Shown: positions 1-12,075 of the stretch, piece after piece | Layout: every line of letters begins with the position of its first letter | Numbering within the stretch: position 1 is the stretch's first letter | Source: Squalus acanthias | Taxonomy: Eukaryota | NCBI GenBank assembly: GCA_030390025.1 | Contig: CM059427.1 | Location: 132,494,001-132,558,000, forward strand | Reading direction: 5' to 3' | Length of the DNA: 64,000 bases | The notes under the pieces: model-generated | Seen by the model: only the letters and a program-made list of their open reading frames with translations | The model's database searches: none | Told to the model about the DNA's origin: nothing | Position numbers and translations under genes: made by a program

Positions 1-639
1 AATACTCAAGTAGCACTAGAATTGGAATTATGGGTCAGATTTACACCTTCTCACAGTATGGCTCACCAGCTTACCCACATCTTCATTGTTGTTACTTTAT
101 TACCAGAGGAAAATATTCCGCTTAATGTTTTAGTTCACTAATTAAAACTGCTTATGGCAACCTACTCAAGACTGATGAATTCAGAATAACTCTAAACTAA
201 ATGGGGTGAAAATTTTCTGCTGTTTTCAGTGCATTAGCAGCATATAAATGACAGGAATTTTTTTTTTTTAACGGCATAAAAACTGGATGGAAGCTGATTT
301 CCACTATTAAAAGGCTCCTCACGAGTTCCTTCACCATTTTTGAGCCTTCTCATGAGCTGCCTGCCGAGTCCTGTGTGACCTAATTTGCATACGTTAAAGT
401 AAGGGCCAATGGTGCTGCAGCTCCCAGTTTCCTGGTTTACACTCCCAGTGCACTCTGGGTAACAGACTAAGCTGTTTCAGGTGCAGCAGCTGCCAGGATC
501 ACCTGGCCAAGGCACAGGTGGGGAGTTCCTGATATGAAAAGTCTGGAGATTTTTAACACAAATTTCTGCAGCTAGGAAATGCTTTTTAAAATGCACACAC
601 CTGGACTTCTCTTATCACAGGATCAGTGGTAGATGGGGT

Positions 640-1070
640 GCCGCTTGATTGGCACCCCATCTACCACCTTAAACATTCACTCCCTCCACCACCGGCGTAC
701 CGTGGCTGCAGTGTGTACCATCTGCAAGATTCACTGCAGCAACTCACCAAGGCTTCTTCGGCAGCACCTCCCAAACCCGCGACCTCTTCCACCTAGAAGG
801 ACAAGGGCAGCAGACGCATGGGAACATCACCACTTCCAAGTTCCCCTCCAAGTCACACACTATCCTGACTTAGAAGTATATCGCCAATCCTTCATCGTCG
901 CTGGGTCAAAATCCTGGAACTCCCTACCTAACAGCACTGTGGGAGTACCTTCACCACACGGACTGCAGCGGTTCAAGAAGGCGGCTCACCAACACCTACT
1001 CAAGGGCAATTAGGGATGGGCAATAAATGCTGGCCTTGCCAGCTACACCCACATCCCATAAACGAATAAA
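640..1070 (+). mobile_element. 3' fragment of a non-LTR retrotransposon, same family as 38115-40788
   Basis: Near-identical to 40385-40788 (accaccttaaacattcactccctccaccacc ... caagggcaattaggg ... cacatccca ... gaataaa). Confidence 0.88.
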
Positions 1071-1094
1071 CAACACTGACAGTTTTTCAGGCTC

Positions 1095-2132
1095 ACCCTG
1101 TGCCCATCTGGGGTATTGTGATCAGTTTTGGGCACCTAACTTAAAGAAAGATATACTGGCCTTGGAAGGGGTTCAGCGCAGATTCACCAGAATGCTACCA
1201 AGGCTTAAAGAGTTAAATTATGAGGAAAGATTGCATAAACTTAGCTTGCATTCCCTTACGTTTAGCAGGTTCAGGGATTATCTATACGAGCTGTTTATAA
1301 TTATAAAGGGGTTAAATAGGGTAGACACAAAGAAACTATTTCCTCTGGTGGGGGAATCCAGAACAAGAGGGGAATAATCTTAAAATTAGAGCTAGGCCAT
1401 TTAGAAGTGAAATCTGGAAGCATTTTTTCCACACAAAGAGTATTGGAAATCTGGAGCACGCTCCCCCAAAAGGCTGTAGATACTGGGATAATTAGAGCTT
1501 TTATGATTAAGAAAAATAGATTTTTGTTTGGTAAGGTTGTCAAGGGATATGGAACAAAGACAACAACAACAACTTTCACTTACATAGCAACTTTAATGTA
1601 ATAAAACTTCCCAAGGTGCTTCATAGGAACGATTATCAAACAAAATTTAACACCGAGCTACATAAGGAGATATTAGGACAGATGACTAAAAGCTTGTTCA
1701 AAGAGGTAGGCTTTAAGTAGCGTCTTAAAGGAGGAGAGAGAGGCAGAGAGGTTTAGGGAGGGAATTCCAGAGCTTCAGGTCTAGGCAGCTGAAGGCACGG
1801 CCGCCAATGGTGGAGCGAAGAAAATCAGGGATGCGCGAAATGCCAGAATTGGAGGAGCACAGAGATCTCAAAGAGTTGTAGGTCTGGAGGAGGTTACAGA
1901 GATAAAGGGGAGAGGGAGGAGGGATTTGAAAATAAGAAAGAGAATTTTAAAATCAAGATGTTCGAGGACCAGGAGCCAATGTAGGTCTGTGAGCACAGGA
2001 ATGATGGGTGAACGGAACTTGGTGCGAATTAGGATACAGGTAAATGGAGTTGAGGTACAGATCAGCCATGATCTAACTGAATGGCAGAACAGTCTCAAGG
2101 GGCTGAATGGCCTACTCCTGTTCCTATGTTCA
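1095..2132 (+). mobile_element. CR1 LINE 3' end, interrupted by an L2 at ~1560-2036
   Basis: HLGYCDQFWAP...LEGVQRRFTRMLP and FSTQRVLEIWSTLP are CR1 ORF2 C-terminal motifs. The 3' UTR resumes at 2037 (gatcagccatgatc...aatggcctactcctgttcctatgttc). Confidence 0.88.
1560..2036 (-). mobile_element. L2-type LINE 3' fragment
   Basis: The minus strand reads SPIIPVLTDLHWLLVLEHLDFKIL (L2 'ITPVLxxLHWLP' motif) and ends in a (GTT)n tail. Confidence 0.8.
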
Positions 2133-2184
2133 TTGCCTTTGGCCCCCCCTGCTACAAACATAGTACCCTTGGCACCAATTCCAT

Positions 2185-2725
2185 CCCACTCCATGGCCAC
2201 TGTCTGATTTTGAACCAGACCTCGCTATGTGATTTGACCCTGAGCTCAGCTTCTGCCCCATATCCTCTCCATTACAAATACTGTCTACTGCCACCTCTGT
2301 AACATCACCTGACTCCGCCCCTGCCTCAGCCCATTGAAAACTCTGCTATCCCGCATTAAATCCTACTCCCCCATCACACTGGTGCTCACTGACCGACATT
2401 GGCTCTGGTCCTCCAGCGCCTCAAATTTAAAATGCTCACTCTCATATTCAAATCCGTTCATGACCTCACTCTTCCCTATCTCCATAACCTCCTCCAGCTC
2501 TAAAACCCACCAAGAGCTCTGCGATTCTCGAACTCTGGCCTCTTGTGCACCCCCCACTCCTCTTCCTCCACCTTGGACTGCCGCGCCTTCAGTCATCTAG
2601 GCTCGCCATGGAATTCCCCCACTTAACCTCTCCACCTCCCTCTCCTATTTGAAACTCACCTCTTTGATGATTTTTTTAATATATTAAAAGTGCTATATAA
2701 ATGCACATTATTATTGTTTTTGTTG
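2185..2725 (+). mobile_element. L2-type LINE 3' fragment, inverted relative to 1560-2036
   Basis: SPITLVLTDRHWL motif; ends aaagtgctatataaatgca...ttgttg. Confidence 0.75.
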
Positions 2726-4495
2726 TCTCCATTTGTAGCCATCGCATCAGCCATAGTGCACTGAAGGAGAAACACTAAAAATATTGAGCTGCAAAAAGAA
2801 ATTCATACATTACAATCCTGTGTCATGTCATCTTCATTGGGTACATTAGAACAATATAATATTTACACACCTAAAATGTATTTCGTGTTCAACAAATGTA
2901 TTTTTTAGTCAGCTGGTGGAGTGACACACAGAAAACCCATCAACATGTTTAAAAGTCTCAAAATCGAGCTACTGGAAAACCTCACAGGTAGCATTTTTGT
3001 TTGTCACATATGAAGTGAGCACTTTTTCCTTGCAGTGACACACACCACTTACCTAACTCTAGAGACAGGTTTGCAATACCAAGGCTTAAAGACTCCCCTC
3101 TCCAGGTGAGTGGAAAGGTACTGCTGAAATTCAAACAGAGTAAGTGTCTCACTGCTCGTCAACCAAGTACCATTCTACCAATTAGAACGCTGCTTTTACA
3201 GGTTTATCTGGAACCAGATGGGCAGAATACCAGTCCCCAGTGACAGCTCTACCCCTCCAGGTTTCATTAGTAAGCTAAGCTGTCTAGTCAACCAACAATG
3301 CCCTAAAGCACTATGGTCCTGCCTGGCTCAGGTATTGCAGTATTGAGTTTGCTACAGAGGATTGACTTGGTTCCACATCGCCAGCATTAGACATTTAATT
3401 TTGGAGTTACCTCCAAGATGATAAATGTCATTGCATATATGTCTATCAAAAAGTAGGTTACAACCACAATACCAGAGACTGTACAATGGCTTGACATACT
3501 AAACATTATCCTTTTATGCTATTAATCTATTAATTTTTAAAAAATGCAACATTAAACAAATACCATATTTCATTTCTAGTCTCCACAGTCCCTCGTCCTG
3601 AGATAATTATATTTAATTAGTGATGAGTAGAGGAATGAGTATTTCCTTGTGGCTAGCCAGGGATTTCCTTTTGGATTTGATAGGCTTAGTAGAGTATGCA
3701 GGTCCATACAGTTTGATGTGGTAAGCAAGCTCCGTAGAGGCATGGAAACCCAGGACCTCAATGTAAAAATCATTGGGCTTTCTTTCCACAAAAGAATCCA
3801 CACTCTCTTAAGTCTGTGCGTGAAAAGTGATTATACCAGCAGAAAACAAATGTTAACATTTATAGCTGAACATTATTTCAGTTCATGAAACACCTTAACA
3901 TTACGTTTCTAGTGACTCTTGTGCAGCACATCAACTGAAATACAACATAAACATTCTTGTAATATTTGGAGAGATAGAAATGTTTCCTTGGGGTATGTGC
4001 TCTAAGGATAATATCCATGTGTGATTGTACACTGCAAACAAGCCAACTACTATATACGTTAGTGCATATTAAACCCATGTTCTGAGCAGATCTAAATGAC
4101 TACAGAATGGATATTTACTACAAGCAAAATAGCTCCTACATGAGCAAAGATCACTTAATAATTTCATTAAGGGAACAACCTATTTGCACAATAGTTCGGC
4201 TCATGGGTAATAGGGAAATAGAAAACCGAGCACAGTGAAAGACACAGCTTGCTGATTGATTTCCAATCACTGATGCCATCTAATGAAATTACATTATAAT
4301 TAATCTGCTTATTAAAAAAAAAAGGTCCAACGAAGTGATATTTATTGCATAAATTTGAATTGATGCCACCAAAGAAATCTTTGTTGAGGGGAGGGAATCT
4401 GCTAAATAAGATACACTATACTTGTTCTTGCACATTTATATATTCCAACTGAAGCACTTAACTGGACATGCCCCAAGTGAAGCATGTAACTTTAC

Positions 4496-4560
4496 CATCA
4501 ACCAAGGAGTCAGATTGTGCTCTGTCCAGCCGGATGGGATACTTCAGAACTTTTGCGGAG
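4496..4560 (-). other. Possible 65-nt internal exon of an unidentified minus-strand transcript
   Basis: Acceptor tttctcttttcag at 4561 and donor G|gtaaag at 4495. One frame is open (SAKVLKYPIRLDRAQSDSLVD) but the peptide is not recognised. Confidence 0.25.
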
Positions 4561-6423
4561 CTGAAAAGAGAAATTCATGATGTGATAAATTCCATGATGA
4601 GAGTGACGTTAAATCTGTTTGAATAGTAGGAGAGTGACACTTTCATGATTTTGTAGACATCTACAGCAGCCCTCTTTTTAAATTGGTGTTCCTTTCGTTT
4701 ACTACTCACTCTGGGGGTGGGGAATAAAAGCATTGAAGAACAACTTACTGTGTTATTATCCAAAGGAAAAACAACATTTATGAACTTAAGTTCTCTCGTC
4801 TTTATCAATTCTTTATTTAGAAATGAAAGCTATTATGTTTTGTCCTTAAAAAAATCAAGGTATTAATAATATTGGGATAACCAGTATATGGTATTGTAGA
4901 ATGGCATTTTTCTATGTTGACTGCCAACATGACCCATCATAAGAGAGCTGCTATAGCACGCTAGAAGATTTAATAAGGAGTTTTGGATCTGGGAAAGGAC
5001 TCAGGATCAGCAGAAACTCTGGTAGCCAAGATATTATACAGTGGGAATTCCCATTTAAGATAGGAGATATGAATCAATTATACGCTTTTTAGAAGAAGTT
5101 GCTGCTGAAAGTCACGTGCGAGGTTCATTGTACCATCATTGGGTGAGTGACGAACTGATGTGGCTCTGAGAAGGTAGAAAAAGAGAAAATGAAAAAAGGA
5201 CTGTTGAGAAAACACAATACTAAACACACAGATCAATAAAGATGCCAAAACTATTATTAAATTAGAATCTAGATACAAGGATCCTTGGGAGTTGGGACCC
5301 ATTGAAAAATTACATAATCTGATCACAGAAGACAAATGACGTTCTCTCACTGATGGGGTTTAGCCAAACAGTCCTATTAAGGACCTTATAATGTTTCTAC
5401 TGCTGGTTTCTTCCAAGATGCCAATAAACACTTACCTGTGGGTAGAAAAATAGCCAATCCTACATCCTCAGTACTGTGTGATGCCTAAAGGAGTACTGAA
5501 ACTGTGCATGTTTAATATTATGAGGAACTTCATCTTTTCACATACATCAAATGCATTCAATTATTTATCAGGAGAAAAATAATTACTGCAGTAGTAAGAT
5601 TTAATGTCTTAACATTTCTGATAGGAACGTTGTTGTTACCTTTTCAGTACTTTTGTATAAAGTGTTCTCAGATACAGATTGGCATCCTGAAGAGTTTTTA
5701 TAACAAGTCCTGGGCGAGATTCTGTGGATATGTATACTCAGTATATAATAATTATAATAGAACTTCTTGTTTGCCACTACAGAAACTTGGAAAACATTTT
5801 TGTTAAATGATTGCTGTACACTGGCCCACAGGTTCATTATCCATTCACGGCACACAGCTAAAGGAGTTTTTACTTGTAGCAGGACACAAAACAATGTATT
5901 CCGTTTCAAGCTTCTTGTTTGCTCAAGTCTGCCCTAAGCAGTTAGGAATAATGAAGAAATTCAGGATTACACATTATTTTTAATTGATCATAAATCATTT
6001 CTGTATATAGGTCATAACATCTGAAATGTTATCTCTGAAATTATTGGACATTAGCCAACAGTAACACTAGTTAAAGGTATTTAAATAAACAGGTTTCTAA
6101 TTTTTACAATCTAAATTTCCCTCCCAATGATAAAACTAATTTACTGGACTATACTATTTTACTGATTTTACCGAATTTGATGATTATGTTCTGAGTTCAT
6201 CTGATTAAGAGTGCAGTTACACACCAACTTGAATGATATCAAAGTTGAAGTGTAAACATTGAATCAGATTAACCATCTGAGTCCCGATGGCACTTGGACC
6301 GAGAAAATGCCTCTTCCCACACCGACAGGTTCCAAACTCGTATTTCCTACCATGGGCAGTCTTGATGATGTCACAACACGGAGCATGAAAACTAGCTTCA
6401 GAAAGAAGTTAAAAATGGGTTTG

Positions 6424-6643
6424 AAAAAAAGTGGAAAGTGCGATTTGCTCTCAGTTGACTCTGCAATGTAGCGACGTCCCCAACCCTTCCGGATTGACTG
6501 GGAGCTTCCACCAAGCGCAGCCTGCAGGAGATCAGTGATTAGGAGGCTGAGCTTGGTGGAAGCTCCCAGTCAATCCGGAAGGGTTGGGGACCTCGCTACA
6601 TTGCAGAGTCAACTGAGAGCAAATCGCACTTTCCACTTTTTTT
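6424..6643. repeat. Near-perfect inverted repeat (100-bp arms, 20-bp spacer)
   Basis: 6424-6523 is the reverse complement of 6544-6643 with 2 mismatches. Confidence 0.97.
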
Positions 6644-6876
6644 ATTAATTGTTTCCCCGCCGCAGTGCAGCCCCGCTCTGTGATGTCACCGGCTGCTGTT
6701 GGAGAAGCCCCCGGCTCAGTGACGTCACCCGACCACCACTGCAAAGAGCTGCAGCCACATGGAGTGCCGCCGGGAGGGGGCTGAACAGTGGGATTCAGGG
6801 GAGTTGGGTATTTCGGGGGCACTCTGAAATTGGTGGGGGGTCTGAAATCAGGAGGTCAAGAGTTGGGGGGGGGGGC

Positions 6877-7103
6877 GGAGAGAGGGAGACTGGGGAATGG
6901 GGGTTTATGAGGCTGTTGATCAGTGGGAGAGAGAGGGAGACTGGGGAATGGGGGTTTGGGAGGCTGTTGATCAGTGGGAGAGAGAGGGAGACTGGGGAAT
7001 GGGGGTTTGGGAGGCTGTTGATCAGTGGGAAGAGAGGGAGACTGGGGAATGGGGGTTTGGGAGGCTGTTGATCAGTGGGAGAGAGGGAGACTGGGGAATG
7101 GGG
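6877..7103. repeat. G-rich ~51-bp minisatellite, ~4.5 copies
   Basis: Unit gagagagggagactggggaatgggggtttgggaggctgttgatcagtggga; 17-aa periodicity in the ORF track. Confidence 0.95.
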
Positions 7104-7869
7104 TGAGCATGGGGCCCAGCATTTCTTGCAAAGCTGGGAGCAACACCAGCATCGTGGTGAGTGGAAGCGTCACCGAGAGAGGAGCAGCCAGTGAAGGGGT
7201 GAGTGAATCCTGGAAACCTTATTGTGGGTAAATAGTGAAAAATTGTTTCCACTGGTGGACTAATGGGGAATGAGGGAATGGAAACCAAGGATTCTCACTG
7301 GAAGATACAAGGGCGAAGAGAGGGGAAGGCTCTTGAACTGAGGGCTATTAGACCATGGGATACTTCACCACATGTGGCTGTTGAGGTAGAGATAAATATT
7401 TGAAAAGGAGGAATAGAAAAAGATCTGGGGGAATGGGGTTACAGGAGAGCGCCCCAGCACCGGGGACCGAATGGTCTCCTCCTGTGCTGTAATTTCTATA
7501 ATTCAATGAAAACACTCCTTTACTAAGTCTGTTCTGAGGGAGCGGTTTAGAATTGTTGGTGCCGAGTTGAGTTTAGGACGATGTGCCCTGTGAGAAGTGC
7601 TCCAAACACTGAGCCTGCTGCCCTTTGTGCAATCTCTGGGTTTGGTTCAGTTCGATCTGTGCTGCATGGTTTTGATGTGTGAAGTCCAAGTACAGATCAG
7701 CTCTGACTGAGGTTCCCAGTTCACAGTTGCCAACTTCACACAGAACCAGAGTCCAAACTAGCGTCCAAGGAGATAGGGAGATAGATTGGGCCTGTTAAAA
7801 GTGACATCAACCGGGAGCCTGACCGCACCTCGTACAGTGCAGGGGGAATCTGGCTATGGTTTCAGGATG

Positions 7870-9805
7870 ACAAAGGAGGACAAAGGGATTAATTAATTAA
7901 GAAGGGGAAAATAGAATATGAAAGTAAGCTTGCAGGGAACATAAAAACTGACTGTAAGAGCTTTTATAGATATGTGAAGAGAAAAAGATTAGTGAAATCA
8001 AGTGTAGGTCCCTTGCAGTCAGAAGCGGGGAAGTTATAATGGGGAACAAAGAAATGGCAGACCAATTAAATGCATATTTTGGTTCTGTCTTCACAAAGGA
8101 GGACACAAATAACCTCCCAGAGATGTTGGAGAACATACGGTCTGATGAAAGGGAGGAACTGAAAGAAATCAGTATTTGCAGGGAAATGGTGTTATGGAAA
8201 TTGACGGGATTGAAGGCCAATAAATCCCCAGGGCCTGATAATCTACATCCTAGGGTACTTAAGGAAGTGGCCCTAGAAATAGTAGATGCATTGCTGATCA
8301 TCTTCCAACATTCGATGGAATCTGGAACTGTACCCATGGATTGGAGGGTAGCTAATGTTACCCCACTATTCAAAAAGGGTGGTAGAGAGAAAGCGAGGAA
8401 TTACAGACCGGTAAGCCTGACATCGGTAGTGGGGAAAATGCTGGAGTCCATTATAAAGGATGTAATAGCTGAGCACTTGAAAAACAGTGACAGGATCGGA
8501 CAAAGTCAACATGGATTTACAAAAGGTAAATCGTGCTTGACTAATCTACTGGAATTTTTTGAGGATGTAACTGGGAAACTAGATAAGGGAGAACCAGTAG
8601 ATGTGGTGTATTTGGACTTTCAAAAGGCTTTCGATAAGGTCCCGCATAAGAGATTAGTGTGTAAAGTTAAGGCACATGGGATTGGGGGCAAGGTATTGAC
8701 TTGGATAGAGAACTGGTTGGCAGACAGAAAGCAGAGAGTAGGAATTAATGGGTCTTTTTCCGAGTGGCAAGCAGTGACTAGTGGGGTACCGCAGGGATCG
8801 GTCCTTGGACCCCAGCTATTCACAATATACATTAATGATCTAGATAAGGGAACTAAATGTAATATCTCCAAGTTTGCAGATGACACAAAGCTGGGTGGGA
8901 GTGTGTGCTGCGAGGATACCGAGAAACTCCAGGATGATTTGGACAGGTTGGGTGAGTGGGCAGAAGTGTGGCAGATGCAATATAACGTGGATAAATGCGA
9001 GGTTATCGACTTTGGTGTCAAAAACAGAAAGGCAGACTATTATCTGAATGGCAATAGATTGGGAGAAGGGGAAGTGCAATGAGACCTGGGTGTCCTTGTG
9101 CACCAGTCGCTGAAGGTAAGCATGCAGGTGCAGCAGGCGGTGAAGAAGGCAAATGGTATGTTGGCCTTCATAGCGAAAGGGTTTGAGTATAGGAACAGGG
9201 ATGTCCTGCTGCAGTTGTACAGGGCCTTGGTGAGACCACACCTTGAGTACTGTGTGCAGTTTTGGTCGCCTTATCTGAGGAAGGATGTTCTTGCCATGGA
9301 AGGAGTTCAGCGAAGATTCACAAGGCTGATACCTGGGATGGCAGGAATGACATATGAGGAGAGATTGGGTCGATTGGGCTTATACTCGCTGGAGTATAGA
9401 AGAATGAGAGGGGATCTCATCAAAACATATAAAATTCTGACAGGCAGGTCTAGACAAACTAGATGCAGGAAGAATGTTCCCGATGGTCGGAGAGTCCAGA
9501 ACCAGGGGTCATAATCTAAGGATAAGGGGTAAGCCATTTAGGACAGAAATGAGGAAGAATTTCTTCACCCAGAGAGTGGTGAACCTGTGGAATTCTCTAC
9601 CACAGAAGGTAGTTGAGGCCAAGTCATTAAATATATTCAAGAATGAGTTAGATATATTTCTTAAAGCTAAAGGTATCAAGGGATATGGGGAGAAGGCAGG
9701 TACAGGGTACTGAGTTTGGATGATCAGCCATGATCTCATTGAATGGCGGAGCAGGCTCGAGGGGCCGAATGGCCTACTCCTGCTCCTATCTTCTATGTTT
9801 CTATG
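7870..9805 (+). mobile_element. 5'-truncated CR1 LINE; RT ORF broken by a stop at 9080 and a later frameshift
   Basis: RT motifs YLDFQKAFDKV, GVPQGSVLGP, KFADDTKL; (ttctatgt)n 3' tail. The TGA at 9080 is consistent with CpG decay of CGA. Confidence 0.97.
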
Positions 9806-9929
9806 AATATCAGCGGGTTATAGGATTACTATACAATTTACAGTTACATATAGACTATCAGTGAATTATTGTTTTACTGTTGGTTATGAGGGGAATCTGG
9901 GCGTTACCACTATTACTATTAGTTATTGG

Positions 9930-10195
9930 TGCATTTTCAGTGAGTTACCATTAGCTACTGCTGGAATCAAAGTTCCTCCCACCTCTGGTTTCCCCTCTGC
10001 GAATCGCTCCCCCGCCCTCAGTTTCCCTTCTGCGAATCGCTCTCCCGCCCTCTGCGAATCGCTCTGCGAATCACTCCCCCACCCTCTGTTTCCCCTCTGC
10101 AAATCGCTCCCCCGCCCTCTGCGAATTGCTCCCCCACCAGAGGTGGGAGGAACTTTGATACCACCAGTAGCTAATGGTAACTCACTGAAAATGCA
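9930..10195. repeat. 60-bp inverted repeat enclosing a short block of the 33-bp minisatellite
   Basis: 9930-9989 versus 10136-10195 reverse complement, 2 mismatches. Confidence 0.93.
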
Positions 10196-12075
10196 AGGAA
10201 CATAAAAAGCAGATTGTAAAAGCTTCTACAAGTATGTAGAAAGAAAAAGATTGGTGAAGACAAATGTAGGTCCCTTACAGTCAGAAACGGGAGAATTTAT
10301 AATGGAGAACAAGGAAATGGCAGAGTAATTAAACAAATACTTTGGTTCTGTCTTCACGGAAGAGGACACAAATAACTTCCCAGAAATGCGAAGGAACCAA
10401 GAGTCTAGTGAGAAGGAGGAATTAAAGGAAATTAGTATTAGTAAAAAAATAGTGCTGGAGAAATTAATGGGACTGAAAGCTGATAAATCCCCAGGGTCTG
10501 ATAATCTGCATCCCAGAGTACTAAAAGAGGTAGCCATGGAAATAGTGGATGCCTTGGTTGTCATCTTCCAAAATTCTATAGATTATGGAACAGTTCCAGC
10601 AGATTGGAGAGTGGCAAATGTAACCCCACTATTTAAAAAAGGAGGGAGAGAGAAAACCGGGAACTACATCAGCCTAACATTAGCCTAACATCAGTAGTAG
10701 GGAAAATGCTAGAGTCTATTATAAAGGATGTGATAACAGGACACTTAGAAAATATCAACGGGATTAGACAAAGTCAACATGGATTTATGAAAGGGAAATC
10801 GTGTTTGACAAACCTACTGGAGTTTTTTGAGGGTGTAACTGGTAGAATAGATAAGGGAGAACCAGTGGATGTGGTGTATTTGGATTTTCGGAAGGCCTTT
10901 GATAAAGTCCCACATAAGAGATTAGTGTGCAAAATTAAAGCACATGGGATTGGAGGTAATATATATGGCATGGATTGAAAATTGGTTAACAGACAGGAAA
11001 GAGAGAGTAGGAATAAATGGGTCTTATTCGAGGTGGCAGGCGGTGACTAGTGGGGTACCGCAGGGATCAGTGCTTGGGTCCCAGCAATTCACAATATATA
11101 TCAATGATTTGGATGAGGGAACCAAATGTAATATTTCCAAGTTTGCTGACGACACAGAACTAGGTGGGATTGTGAGTTGTGAGGAGGATGCAAAGAGACT
11201 TCAAGGCGATTTAGACAAGTTGAGTGAGTGGGCAAATACATGGCAGATGCAGTATAACATGGATAAATGTGAAGTTATCCACTTCGGAAGGAAAAACAGA
11301 AAGGTAGAGCATTATTTAAATGGTGATAGATTGGGAAATGCTGATGTACAAAGGGACCTGGGTGTCCTTGTACACCAGTCACTGAAAGCAAACATGCAGG
11401 TGCAGCAAGCAGTTAGGAAGGCAAATGGTATGTTGGACTTCATTGCAAGAGAATTTGAGTACAGGAGCAAGGATGTCTTACTACAGTTGTACAGGGCCTT
11501 GGTGAGACCACACCTGGAGTACTGTGTGCAGTTTTGGTCTCCTTACCTAAGAAAGGATATACTTGCCATAGAGGGAGTGCAGCGGAGGTTCACCAGACTG
11601 ATTCCTGGGATGGCAGAACTGTCGTATGAGGAGAGATTGGGTCAACTAGGCCTGTATTCACTTAGGAGTTTAGAAGAATGAGAGGGGATCTCATTGAAAC
11701 GTATAAAATTCTGACAGGGCTAGACAGACTGGATGCAGGGAGGATGTTTCCCCTGGCTGGGGGGTCTAGAACGAAAGGTCACTGTCTCAGGATACGGGGT
11801 AGGACATTTAGGACTGAGATGAGGAGATATTTCTTCACTCAGAGGGTGGTGAACCTGTGGAATTCTCTACCACAGAAGGCTGTGGAGGCCAAGTCACTGA
11901 ATATATTTAAGAAGGAGATAGAAAGATTTCTAGACACAAAAGACATCAAGGGGTATGGGGAGAGAGCAGGAATCTTGTATTGAGATAGAGGATCAGCCAT
12001 GATCATATTGAATGGCGGAGCAGGCTCGAAGGGCCGAATGGCCTACTCCTGCTCCTATTTTTCTATGTTTCTATG
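10192..12075 (+). mobile_element. Second 5'-truncated CR1 LINE, frameshifted
   Basis: YLDFRKAFDKV, GVPQGSVLG, KFADDTEL. An 11-bp tandem duplication at ~10671-10691 causes a frameshift; (ttctatgt)n tail. Confidence 0.97.

Noticed and set aside
3576-3888. Three overlapping short ORFs
   Set aside because: Non-ATG starts, no recognisable domain and no convincing splice signals.
8039-9082. 347-aa reverse transcriptase ORF as a functional or domesticated gene
   Set aside because: 5'-truncated CR1 ORF2 lacking the endonuclease, with a premature stop and an ordinary CR1 tail.
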